Origin: Tsukamurella phage TPA2
Sequence record: NC_015210.1
Length of the DNA stretch: 24,000 nucleotides
Strand: one strand, 5' to 3'
Shown: positions 1-8,990 of the stretch, one piece after another
Layout: every line of letters begins with the position of its first letter
Numbering within the stretch: position 1 is the stretch's first letter
The notes under the pieces: generated by a model
The model's database searches: none
What the model saw: only the letters and a program-made list of their open reading frames with translations
What the model was told of the DNA's origin: nothing
Program-made: the position numbers and the translations under genes

Positions 1-2
1 CG

Positions 3-2288
3 TCGAGCACGAACGGCGAGTTCCCGGAGAACCCGCAGTTCGCGTGGCTGAACGATCTGTGGCGGAAGGTCTTCGGTGGCAGCAAGGCCACCGAGACGGC
101 GGCCACGAGCACTGTCGAGACGCCCGCGGTGCCGCCGTCGGCTGGCGCGAGCGCAGTCGAAGACGCCAAGGTGGAGACGCCGAAGCCCGAGACGAAGGAC
201 ACGGCCACCGCGCCGGACGCCAACTACAACGGCGGCACGCCCGAGATCCACAATGCGGTGTACAAGGCGTTCCGCGAAGCGGGCTTCGCCGATTCCGAGT
301 GGGCGTCGCTGGTGAACCTGATCAACGGCGAGTCGTCGTGGAACCCCCAGGCCCAGAACCCCGGCTCGACGGCCTACGGCCTCGGCCAATTCCTGGATCA
401 GACGTGGGCCACCGTCGGCGGATCGAAGACGGACGACCCGTACCAGCAGGCCGTCCTCATGCTGAAGTACATCAAGAGCCGCGGCGACTACGGCACCCCG
501 AGCAAGGCGTGGGAGATGTGGCAGTCGCGGAACCCGCACTGGTACGACCAGGGCGGCGTCGCGCGCGGCACCGGCTTCATGGCGAAGAACGTCATCCAGC
601 CCGAGCGCGTGCTGAGCCCCGGCCAGACGAAGCTCTTCGACACGCTGGTGACCTCGCTCCAGTCGATCGACCGCAGCCAGCGCAGCGGCGACAACCTCGG
701 CGCGCTCCAGATGCAGAACTCGGTGCAGTCCGGGTTCGTCAAGGGCATGAAGATCCTGGGCTACACCGCCCCGGACTTCACGCAGAACGGCGGCCAGAAC
801 GGCGAGGGCGACCTGGTCGGCAACGCGCGGATCGCCGACGCGACCGGCCGCCTGGCGTCCGACACCCTGAGCTACCTGGACCGCACGGCGTCCAGCCAGG
901 CCGAGGTGCAGGCGGCGCAGACCAAGCAAACGCAGGCCATCATGGGCCAGGTCGCGAATCAGCTCACCGAGAAGGTGTTCACGCCGATGCTCCAGACCGG
1001 CGTCCAGCAGGGTGTCCAGCTGGTCGTCGAGAACTCGAAGACCAGCGACTTGTTCAAGTCGATGGGCAACTCGATGGGCCAGTCGGCCGGGACGATCGTC
1101 GCCCAGGCCGTGAGCGCCGCGGTCGCCTCGTCGTCGAACTCCGGCGGCAGCGGCGGCGGCCTCGGAAACCTCGTGGGCATGGCGACCGGCGGCGTCGCGG
1201 GCGTGAACAGCCGAGGCGTGCTGTTCGGCCCCGGCACCGGCACGTCCGACTCGATCGTGGCGCTGGACGAGGCGGGGATCGCGCACGCTCGCGTGGCACG
1301 CGGCGAGGGCGTCGTGCCCGCGAACATCATGCGTCGGTACCCCAACCTGATCCAGCAGTTGAAGGGCCTGCCCGGCTACGCGGGCGGCACGCTGCCGAAG
1401 TCGGCGAACCCGAACAACTCGGTCGGCGCGGATCTCCTCGGCCTGCCGCCGGGGCCGCTGGCCACGATCGTGAACCTGCTCGTGCGCATCTTGCTGACGG
1501 TGATCGGCCTCCAGATCACCGTGCGCGACACGCTGGTGGACATGGCCAAGGACGTGCGCGCGTTCCGCGGCGACTTCAAGGCGTTCGATGCGACCGGCCG
1601 CCTGAACTCGGACACGTCCGGCCTGATCGACCGCACGGACACGAGCAAGGAAATCGTGAAGAACGAGCGCATCCGCATCCTGAAGCAGATCATCGAGGCG
1701 ACCGTAAAGTACCTGGTCGAGAAGCTGCTGAAGCCCATGCTGAACGCCCTGTTCAACGGCCTGGCCAACATGGGCGGGACCGCGATCGGCAACGCCATCG
1801 GCGGCGCGATCGGCGGCCCCGCGGGCGCGGGCATCGGCGGCCTGGTCGGCCAGGTCGCCGGGGCCGGACTCCAGGGCCTCGGCGACATCGCGACCGAGGT
1901 CATCGCGTCCGCGATCACCGAGGGCGTAGCGGTGGCGCTCGACGAGATCTTCAATTTCGGCAACACGTTCTCGCTGACGGACATCCTCGGCGGCGGCATG
2001 TTCAACTTCCTGAGCCTGGGCAACCTCGCGTCGATCTTCGGTATCGGCCAGGGCCAGTTCGATCAGGGCGGCATCGCGAACGGTGTCGGAATGATGCCGA
2101 AGGCGACCATCAAGCCCGAGCGCGTGCTGAGCCCGCGCCAGACGGAGAGCTTCGACCGCCTGGTGCAGGCACTAGAGTCTGGGGCACGGCCGGGCAACAC
2201 CACCACGATCCACGCCCCGATCACCGTCCAGGGCGGCGAGCGGAGCGGCGACGATGTCCGCACCCGCCTGCTGACCCTGATGAGCTAG
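3..2288 (+). CDS. Tape measure protein, C-terminal part (5' end outside window), with internal lytic transglycosylase-like domain
   Basis: Frame 3 is open from the window edge (SSTNGEFPENPQFAWLNDLWRKVFGG...) through the listed 719-aa ORF. It contains an SLT-like motif (FADSEWASLVNLINGESSWNPQAQNPGSTAYGLGQFLDQTW), long Ala/Gly-rich hydrophobic stretches (GTAIGNAIGGAIGGPAGAGIGGLVGQVAGAG), and is followed by minor tail-type genes. Confidence 0.88.
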   Translation, partial: SSTNGEFPENPQFAWLNDLWRKVFGGSKATETAATSTVETPAVPPSAGASAVEDAKVETPKPETKDTATAPDANYNGGTPEIHNAVYKAFREAGFADSEWASLVNLINGESSWNPQAQNPGSTAYGLGQFLDQTWATVGGSKTDDPYQQAVLMLKYIKSRGDYGTPSKAWEMWQSRNPHWYDQGGVARGTGFMAKNVIQPERVLSPGQTKLFDTLVTSLQSIDRSQRSGDNLGALQMQNSVQSGFVKGMKILGYTAPDFTQNGGQNGEGDLVGNARIADATGRLASDTLSYLDRTASSQAEVQAAQTKQTQAIMGQVANQLTEKVFTPMLQTGVQQGVQLVVENSKTSDLFKSMGNSMGQSAGTIVAQAVSAAVASSSNSGGSGGGLGNLVGMATGGVAGVNSRGVLFGPGTGTSDSIVALDEAGIAHARVARGEGVVPANIMRRYPNLIQQLKGLPGYAGGTLPKSANPNNSVGADLLGLPPGPLATIVNLLVRILLTVIGLQITVRDTLVDMAKDVRAFRGDFKAFDATGRLNSDTSGLIDRTDTSKEIVKNERIRILKQIIEATVKYLVEKLLKPMLNALFNGLANMGGTAIGNAIGGAIGGPAGAGIGGLVGQVAGAGLQGLGDIATEVIASAITEGVAVALDEIFNFGNTFSLTDILGGGMFNFLSLGNLASIFGIGQGQFDQGGIANGVGMMPKATIKPERVLSPRQTESFDRLVQALESGARPGNTTTIHAPITVQGGERSGDDVRTRLLTLMS

Positions 2289-2297
2289 GAGACCGAC

Positions 2298-3821
2298 GTG
2301 GCATTCCGCGGATACTTCGCCATCGACGGGCAGGAGATCACGAACTCCTCGCGCGTCGTCGGCCACCTCGGGTATTCGACGCCCCAGCAAGATGCCGGGA
2401 TCGTCTGCGCCGAGATCACCCTGGACGAAGACCCGGACGGCTCCGGCCTCTACGCGCCCGGCCCGCTGCCGGTCGGCTCGGCTCCGGCCGAGGGCGGCGA
2501 GCTGTACTACCCCGGTCTGGCCACCGAGGGCGAGTGCGGGCTGACCGAGGTCTCGCCGCTGCTCTACGAGATCCCGCCCAGCAGCGTGAAGGTGGGCAAC
2601 CTCTGGTCGCCGCCTGACGGTGCCGAGCGGTACGGCCCCGGCCTGCTCCAGTTCGACGGCAACTGCTGGGGTCCGTCGGCGCTGTGCGGGTGTCGGCTGC
2701 GCGTGCAGTATGACGACTCCTGGCCGGGCCTGCGCGAGTTCCTGAGCGACACCGTCTACCGCCCCGAGCTGGCCCCGTGGCACAGCTCGCGCATCCCCGA
2801 GTCGGCCGAGTTCGGCGGGATTTGGGTCATGGATGTGACCGGGCTCGGGCCGACCCCGATCGAGCGGCCGATCACCAACCTGATCGGTAACGGCGCGGCG
2901 GCGGGCGTGCACCGCGACGGCGCGCGCGTGGTCACCTTCAACGCGGTGCTGGTGGCGTGCACGAACGCGGGCGTCGAGTACGGGCTGAACTGGCTGACCT
3001 GCCAGCTGCGCGAGACGGCGCACCGCACCGACGCGCGGCTGACCTACTTCGCCGCGCACCCCTCGCACACCGAGGCCGACGCGGCGACGCTGCTGCGCGA
3101 TCTCCACGGCGTCGTGCTCACTAAGGCCCCCTCGGTCGACGAGGTGGCGGGGAAGGGCGTCGGCCCGAATCAGCAGGCGACCATGTACCGGATCTCGTGG
3201 GAAATGACGGTGCTGAACCCGTACAGCTACCGGCCGCCGATCGAGATCCCGATCGAGTGGGACACCGTCGTGGTGGAGCCCATCGAGTGGAGCCACGCCG
3301 CGAACTGCCCGACGTGCGAGCCCGACGTGCCGATCCTGTTCTCGACCGAGTGCGCGCCCGAGCGGCTGGTCGTCGGCCAGACCCCGCCGCCGGTCTGTGG
3401 TGGCTGTATGCCCGTCTGCGCCGTTGACCAGTACATCACCGTCATTCCGTCACGTGACTACGCGCTCTCGTGCGGCGACACCGTGGTGAACGTGGAGGTC
3501 GAGAACCGCGGCGTCGACCCGCTGACCCTCCAGCTGTATTTCCGGCGGTGCGGCTCGGCCGAGGCGTGCGCGCCGTCGTTCCCCCTCCAGGTGTCCGGGC
3601 TCGCCGCCGGGGCCTCGCTCTCGCTCGACTCGGTCTCGGGCCGGTACTTCGCCGAGTTCGACGGGAAGCGGCGGCGGCCGGTCGGCATCGTCGGCACACC
3701 GTCGGGCGCGCCCTGGACGCCGGTCGTGCTCGACCGCGCCGAGTGCTGGGAGCTGGTGGCCACCGCGGCCGACGGCGCGGACTTCTCGGTGAAGCTGACG
3801 CTGATCGACCGGGAGAGCTGA
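2298..3821 (+). CDS. Minor tail protein (distal tail-like)
   Basis: 507-aa ORF, GTG start, 9 nt after the tape measure stop. N-terminus MAFRGYFAIDGQEITNSSRVVGHLG is typical of actinophage minor tail proteins. Has a Cys-rich internal segment. Position directly follows the tape measure. Confidence 0.8.
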   Translation: MAFRGYFAIDGQEITNSSRVVGHLGYSTPQQDAGIVCAEITLDEDPDGSGLYAPGPLPVGSAPAEGGELYYPGLATEGECGLTEVSPLLYEIPPSSVKVGNLWSPPDGAERYGPGLLQFDGNCWGPSALCGCRLRVQYDDSWPGLREFLSDTVYRPELAPWHSSRIPESAEFGGIWVMDVTGLGPTPIERPITNLIGNGAAAGVHRDGARVVTFNAVLVACTNAGVEYGLNWLTCQLRETAHRTDARLTYFAAHPSHTEADAATLLRDLHGVVLTKAPSVDEVAGKGVGPNQQATMYRISWEMTVLNPYSYRPPIEIPIEWDTVVVEPIEWSHAANCPTCEPDVPILFSTECAPERLVVGQTPPPVCGGCMPVCAVDQYITVIPSRDYALSCGDTVVNVEVENRGVDPLTLQLYFRRCGSAEACAPSFPLQVSGLAAGASLSLDSVSGRYFAEFDGKRRRPVGIVGTPSGAPWTPVVLDRAECWELVATAADGADFSVKLTLIDRES

Positions 3822-3824
3822 GCC

Positions 3825-4859
3825 GTGATCGTCACCGAGAATCAGACCGCGGTGCTGCGCACCGTGCGCGGAATCCAGCTGGCCCAGTTCGGCCCCGAGT
3901 CGGCGGCGTCGCTGTCCTGGACCCGCGACCTGCGCGAGACCTCGCGGTGCGAGCTGGTGGTGCCGAACTCCGAAGCCGTCGACATGCTGCCCGAGATCAC
4001 CCCGTGGGCGCACTGGCTCGACGTGTGGGACACCGACAACTCGGTGCTGCTCTGGTCCGGCCCGATCCTGAAGCTGGCGTCGAGCCGCGAGAGCCTGACC
4101 CTGTCCGCGCGCGACGTGTCCGCGCTGACCACCCGCACCCGCTGCCCGATCTCGAAGGAATGGGACGCCAGCGACCCGTGCCGGATCGCCGCCGAACTGT
4201 GGACCGCGATGCTCGCGCTGCACAACATCAAGGCGACCCCGATCCTGCGCAACGCCGGGCAGCCGCCGTTCAACTTCAAGTGCGAGGCCGACACGAAGTT
4301 TCTCCAGGCCGTGCTCGACGATCTGGAGAAGATCGGCCTGCGCTGGACCGTGGTCGCGGGCGTTCCCATCCTGGGGCCGGTGCCGACCGACGCGACGGTG
4401 CTCGATGAGCGCGACCTACAGGGCGACATCCAGGTGATCCGCGACGGCACCGAGACGGCGAACGACATCCTGGTGCGCGGCGCGGACTTCTCGGCGCGCA
4501 CGACGGTGCCGCTCGGCGGGCTCCACCTCCAGGGCCTCGTGAATCTCGACTCGATGTTCGGGGTGTCCAACCTGGAGCGCGCGGCGCGCGAGTACGCGCA
4601 GAGCACCGCCAGCATCCGCGACGCGCTCTCGCTGCCCGGCGGGCTCATCCTGCACCCGGACACCCCGGTGACGATCGACGACCTGCTGCCCGGCGCGCGC
4701 TTTGAGGTGCACGCCCGCGGCCTGGTCTCGCTGATGGAGCTGGAGAGCGTCGAGGTCAAGCGCAGTCCCGGCGACCTGGAGGTAAGCGTTACCCTGGAGT
4801 CCGTGCCCACCGACGCGCCCGAGCTGGCGACGAACGACCGAATCGGCGGTGGCCTGTGA
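3825..4859 (+). CDS. Minor tail / baseplate-hub-like protein (Gp37-like family is a guess)
   Basis: 344-aa ORF, GTG start 3 nt after the upstream stop. W-LR--S-CEL-VP-S architecture (LSWTRDLRETSRCELVVPN) and synteny as the second gene after the tape measure. Confidence 0.72.
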   Translation: MIVTENQTAVLRTVRGIQLAQFGPESAASLSWTRDLRETSRCELVVPNSEAVDMLPEITPWAHWLDVWDTDNSVLLWSGPILKLASSRESLTLSARDVSALTTRTRCPISKEWDASDPCRIAAELWTAMLALHNIKATPILRNAGQPPFNFKCEADTKFLQAVLDDLEKIGLRWTVVAGVPILGPVPTDATVLDERDLQGDIQVIRDGTETANDILVRGADFSARTTVPLGGLHLQGLVNLDSMFGVSNLERAAREYAQSTASIRDALSLPGGLILHPDTPVTIDDLLPGARFEVHARGLVSLMELESVEVKRSPGDLEVSVTLESVPTDAPELATNDRIGGGL

Positions 4860-6175
4860 GCGGGACGAACACCGGCCGCGCGCCGCGCACGGACGCCGAG
4901 TGGGCGCGCGAGCTGACCCGCCGCGTGACCAACCTGGAGAACCCCGACACCTCGCGTATCGGTGAATGGGTGCTCAGCTCGAAGGACGGCGAGCTGGTCG
5001 CCACGAAGCAAGGCCAGCAGGTCAAGATCGGTGTGCCCGAGGTGAGCGCGACCGAGTTCACCACCGCGCTGCGCGGCGTGCACCGCGAGGCCGAGAAGGC
5101 GAAGGACGCCGCCGACGCCGCGCAGGAGACCGCGGACAGCAAGACCCCGCTGGAGCAATTCGAGGATCTGCTGGACGGCGTCGCGCAGGCAGGCGGCGGC
5201 GTGCTCGCCCCGATCGGCGGCGCGATCGGCGATGCCCTGGAGGGCATTCTGAACATCTTCCAGATCGGGAAGAACGCGCAGACCAAGGCCACCGACGCGC
5301 AGAATGCGGCCGACGCCGCGGTGCAGGTCATCGGCATCACCTCGGGCACCATCGGAAACCTACTGTGGGTCCGCAACTTCTACGCCTCCACGGGCACCAC
5401 CACCTGGACAGTGCCGACCGCGCCCGCGGGGTACCGCCTGGAGCGGGTCGACGTGCAGCTGGTCGGCGCGGGGCAGGGCGGCCCGAAGGTTCCCAGGAAC
5501 TACGAAGGCGTGGCCGACGGTGGGCTACCGGGCGGGTTCATCCGGCGCTCGTTCACCCCCGACGAGATCGGCCCCGTGGGCACGGTCTACAACCTCGTGA
5601 TCCCCGCAGGTGGGCCGGGAGCGACGAGCACAGGCCCCGCGGCTGACCCCGCCCGCGCGACGATGACACGCGCGGACACCGGCACGCTGCTGGTCCGCTC
5701 CAGCGCGCCGGGCACCTCGGGCATCTACATGACCGCGGGCATCCCGAGCACAGATCAGAAACCGGGTGCGGGTGGTGCCAACGGATTCTCGATCTACAAC
5801 GAGCCCGCCAGCGAGGGCGTATCGGGCACGTGGAACTACACCGACGGCCAGCCCGGACAGCCCTCGCTCGAAGCGGCGGGCGGCGCGCCCGGTCGCGGCC
5901 CTACAGGGTGGTTCGGCACGGGCAAGACGGTGCCGACGGCTGGCGAGAACGCGCCGACCTCAGACCCCTACTACCGGTTCTGTGGTGCGGGCGGCGGCGG
6001 TGGTGGTGGTGGTGCGAACGGCCCCGGCGGCAAGGGTGGAGACCCCGGCGGCGGCGGTGGTACCGGATCGCCGAACGACGGCGGGATCTTCGGTGGCTCC
6101 GCGACCAACGGCGGCCCCGGTGGCCGAGGCGAGATCGTCGTGTGGGCCGTCTTCGCACCGCTGCCGGTAGAGTGA
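4856..6175 (+). CDS. Minor tail protein with glycine-rich C-terminal domain
   Basis: 439-aa ORF overlapping the upstream stop by 4 nt (GTGA). Helical/Ala-rich N-terminal half, then a C-terminal Gly-rich domain (GAGGGGGGGGANGPGGKGGDPGGGGG...GGRGEIVVWAVF). Confidence 0.75.
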   Translation: MSGTNTGRAPRTDAEWARELTRRVTNLENPDTSRIGEWVLSSKDGELVATKQGQQVKIGVPEVSATEFTTALRGVHREAEKAKDAADAAQETADSKTPLEQFEDLLDGVAQAGGGVLAPIGGAIGDALEGILNIFQIGKNAQTKATDAQNAADAAVQVIGITSGTIGNLLWVRNFYASTGTTTWTVPTAPAGYRLERVDVQLVGAGQGGPKVPRNYEGVADGGLPGGFIRRSFTPDEIGPVGTVYNLVIPAGGPGATSTGPAADPARATMTRADTGTLLVRSSAPGTSGIYMTAGIPSTDQKPGAGGANGFSIYNEPASEGVSGTWNYTDGQPGQPSLEAAGGAPGRGPTGWFGTGKTVPTAGENAPTSDPYYRFCGAGGGGGGGGANGPGGKGGDPGGGGGTGSPNDGGIFGGSATNGGPGGRGEIVVWAVFAPLPVE

Positions 6176-6180
6176 CCGGC

Positions 6181-6744
6181 ATGAGCCGCGTGCACCTGGT
6201 CCGATCCAACCCCGGAGATCGGAGCTACGCCGTCGCGTACGACGACCCACTGATCGTCTTCCCTCGTCGGGTCGCGTGCATCCACTCGGACCAGAACTAC
6301 GAGATCTCGATCGACTGGGAGAACACCCCTGCCCAGCTGCGCGAGTTCACCATCTCCAGCCCGCCCCCGATGGAGAACACGTACGTGGTGCCGCCGTCCG
6401 GCATCTACGGGTCGGGGCTCGACGGCCGGACGATTCAGGTCTGGGCCTCCACCGAGCGCATGGACTTCGAGGACATCCTGGCCGAGATCGGCGTCACCGA
6501 GGTGCTGGACGAGCCCCTGCCGGTCGACCCCTCCACGCTCCCGCACGTCATGGGCGCGGTGCCCACCGAGGCCGACCTGCCCGAGGACTTCGAGCCGATG
6601 GGCGTCTACCTCGTGCGCGAGAACGGCACCGGGTACTGCAACGGCGGCGCGGGCGAGGGCTGGCAGTCGATGCGCTGGACGCCGGAGTGCGCGGACGCCT
6701 TCGGCGTCGCCGAGTCCGACGTGCCGGACCTGACCGTAGGCTGA
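6181..6744 (+). CDS. Hypothetical virion/minor tail-associated protein
   Basis: ATG at 6181 inside the longer 5830..6744 ORF, 5 nt after the upstream stop. Product MSRVHLVRSNPGDRSYAVAYDD... (187 aa) fits the tightly packed same-strand operon. Confidence 0.65.
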   Translation: MSRVHLVRSNPGDRSYAVAYDDPLIVFPRRVACIHSDQNYEISIDWENTPAQLREFTISSPPPMENTYVVPPSGIYGSGLDGRTIQVWASTERMDFEDILAEIGVTEVLDEPLPVDPSTLPHVMGAVPTEADLPEDFEPMGVYLVRENGTGYCNGGAGEGWQSMRWTPECADAFGVAESDVPDLTVG

Positions 6745-6749
6745 CCGTC

Positions 6750-7367
6750 ATGGCCGTGGTGTGCATCGACGAGAATCTGGACATTGGCGGCGGTGGCGCG
6801 CTGAAGCTGCGCCCCTGGTCGGTTCCTCGCCTCGTGGTCGACGAGATCGCGCTGTCCGGTGGCGACGGCCCCGTGTACGCGCTGACCTCGCTGCCCGGTC
6901 GCCTGCTCATCGACAAGGCCGTGACCTGGACCAACGATAGCCCGCTGCCGCAGGTCGTGCTCGTGCGCATCACGCGCGGCTCCCGCGAGTGGCTGACCAG
7001 CAACCCGAACGCGCTCCAGCTGCGCGACCGCTGGAGCTACGCCTACGACAAGGCCCCCGAGCGGCCGGTCACGACGGGGCAGTACAACAGCCAGGTGGGC
7101 AGCGCCATCGACACCGGCACGAACACCGTTAGCGAACCGAACTACGGCCGTCACTGGTGCTCGATGGACGCGCACAGCTCGGACGAGTGGCTGCGCCCAG
7201 TGCTGCCCGGCGAGACCGTGAATCTCTGGTATCAGGCGTGGCTCTGGACGCCGCCGCCCTGGTCGGACAACGCGAACAAGACCAACCCCCAGCACAATTT
7301 CAAGGCCGGGTATACGCGCATCCAGCTGATCGCGTTCCCCCAGCAGGGCACGGTGGTGGCGGGATGA
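6750..7367 (+). CDS. Hypothetical minor tail-like protein (member of a tandem paralog group)
   Basis: ATG at 6750 within ORF 6276..7367. Product MAVVCIDENLDIGGGGALKLRPWS... with motif WTNDSPLPQVVLVRITRG. Confidence 0.65.
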   Translation: MAVVCIDENLDIGGGGALKLRPWSVPRLVVDEIALSGGDGPVYALTSLPGRLLIDKAVTWTNDSPLPQVVLVRITRGSREWLTSNPNALQLRDRWSYAYDKAPERPVTTGQYNSQVGSAIDTGTNTVSEPNYGRHWCSMDAHSSDEWLRPVLPGETVNLWYQAWLWTPPPWSDNANKTNPQHNFKAGYTRIQLIAFPQQGTVVAG

Positions 7368-7951
7368 TCAAGGTCTGCACCAGCGAGTTCATGATCTCGG
7401 ACGTGAACGGCATCGGCCCGGCGCGGGCGTGGTTCCCGCGCGTGGTCGCCGAGGCGTTCGTCGGCTCGACCAAGGACGGCGAGATCAATCGCGCGCCGGA
7501 CCCGGTGCCGATGATCGTCGCCGAACTGTCGTGGTTCAACAACACCGAGGCCGACCAGGACGTGGCCGTGATCGTGCACCGCGCGCCGCGGTCCATCACC
7601 TCCACGAACCCCGTCACCGTCGTGATCCAGGATGCGTGGACCTTCGACGTGGGGGCGAGCCCGTCGGCCAGCCAACCCACCGTCACGCAGGACTCGTTCG
7701 GCGGCCGACTCCAGATCGACCGCGCCGACGTGAACACCGACGACCTGCACTTCGGCCGCCTGTTCCTGGACGGCGACGACTGCCAGACCTACGTGAGCAT
7801 CGGCCCGGTGCCCGCGGGCCAGGGTTTCCACCTGCGCTACCTCGCGGCCGTCCAGACCCCCGGCACGTGGACCACCGCCGAGGAGCCGCGATACGAGGCG
7901 TACGCGCGGTGGGTCCGGCTCGTGGCCCTCGCCTCGCCGATCGGAGCATGA
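7364..7951 (+). CDS. Hypothetical minor tail-like protein (member of a tandem paralog group)
   Basis: ATG at 7364 overlaps the upstream TGA (ATGA). Product MIKVCTSEFMISDVNGIGPARAWFPRV... with motif WFNNTEADQDVAVIVHRA. Confidence 0.65.
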   Translation: MIKVCTSEFMISDVNGIGPARAWFPRVVAEAFVGSTKDGEINRAPDPVPMIVAELSWFNNTEADQDVAVIVHRAPRSITSTNPVTVVIQDAWTFDVGASPSASQPTVTQDSFGGRLQIDRADVNTDDLHFGRLFLDGDDCQTYVSIGPVPAGQGFHLRYLAAVQTPGTWTTAEEPRYEAYARWVRLVALASPIGA

Positions 7952-7952
7952 C

Positions 7953-8567
7953 GTGACCTGTGTCGAACCGAACCACTTCGAGGACGACGGCGGCACCGTC
8001 GTCCCGCAGCCGTGGATGCAGTACCGCCAGATCGCCACGGCGTCGACCGCGAGCCGGTCGGGCACCTACCCGCCGACCGGCGGCGGCGCGAAGAACGAGC
8101 AGCTTCAGGCGGTCGGTCTGTTCTGGACCAACGACACGCCGATCTCCCAGCTGGTCTACGGGATCGTCACGCGCGGCGGCGCGAAGATGGAGCTTCAGGC
8201 CCGCAGCCGTGCGTTCATGGAGGCGTGGCACGCGCTGGGCATCGGCGGGCCGGGCACGACCCCGCAGGCCATCCAGGCCGGTCGGTTCGGTACCGGGCTG
8301 GACGTGGGCTCGGGCGGCCTGCTCGGCGTGAACACCGCGTACGGCGTCAGCGAGGTGCGCCAGCACTCGCACTCGTTGCCACTGGTGCCGCAGCGCACGG
8401 GCTGGCTGAAGGTCGACCCCGGCGTGACGATCCACGCCGCGTTTCAGCTGTTCTTTATGTCCGAGTTCTGGGAGAACACACCGATCACGGGCGGCGACGC
8501 CAGCACCGGGTCGAGCTACATCACGGGCGACACGCGGATCGACCTCTACGCGATCCCGGTAGTCTGA
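7953..8567 (+). CDS. Hypothetical minor tail-like protein (member of a tandem paralog group)
   Basis: 204-aa ORF, GTG start. Motif WTNDTPISQLVYGIVTRG closely matches the 6750 product. Confidence 0.65.
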   Translation: MTCVEPNHFEDDGGTVVPQPWMQYRQIATASTASRSGTYPPTGGGAKNEQLQAVGLFWTNDTPISQLVYGIVTRGGAKMELQARSRAFMEAWHALGIGGPGTTPQAIQAGRFGTGLDVGSGGLLGVNTAYGVSEVRQHSHSLPLVPQRTGWLKVDPGVTIHAAFQLFFMSEFWENTPITGGDASTGSSYITGDTRIDLYAIPVV

Positions 8568-8591
8568 CGGGGAACCCATCGGGAGGCCCCC

Positions 8592-8990
8592 ATGTACGAC
8601 CCGCCCTCATCCGTCGTCGACCTGGAATCGGACGCCGAAGACGTGCCGATGACCGGCCCGTACCGACCGCTGGAGATCCCCCAGTACGGCACCGTCCAGG
8701 CCCGCAAGCCCCAGCCCGCCGCGGTGTCCCTGATCGCCGCCGCGGTGAACTCGAAGGCGTCGGCCGAGTTCCGTAACGAGGCCCTGGTGATGTTCATCCA
8801 GGCGCACATGAGCCCCGACGACTTCGGCGAGATGATGCGCCGCCAGATCACCGGTGAGGTGCCCGACCGCTTCAGCGTCGGCGACGTGGCCGAGGCGTTG
8901 GCCACGTGGGGCACCAGCCGCCCTACCAAGCCGTCGCGGCGCTCAGCTCTGCGACGGCTCAACACTGGCGCGTCCTCCGCGCGAAGCTGA
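8592..8990 (+). CDS. Putative tail assembly chaperone-like protein (pre-frameshift product)
   Basis: 132-aa ORF after a GGGAGG ribosome-binding site. Contains MSPDDFGEMMRRQI...VAEALATWGTSRPTKPS, resembling the end of actinophage G-type chaperones. Overlaps a -1 frame ORF. Confidence 0.5.
   Translation: MYDPPSSVVDLESDAEDVPMTGPYRPLEIPQYGTVQARKPQPAAVSLIAAAVNSKASAEFRNEALVMFIQAHMSPDDFGEMMRRQITGEVPDRFSVGDVAEALATWGTSRPTKPSRRSALRRLNTGASSARS

Noticed and set aside
44-2617. 857-aa plus-strand ORF overlapping the tape measure gene
   Set aside because: Arg/Pro/Gly/His-rich shadow frame typical of high-GC coding DNA. The overlapping frame has coherent tape measure sequence.
5960-6120. G-rich/GGN-rich tract as a simple sequence repeat or regulatory G-quadruplex element
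   Set aside because: Explained by in-frame Gly codons of the glycine-rich tail domain. Quadruplex function cannot be argued from this alone.
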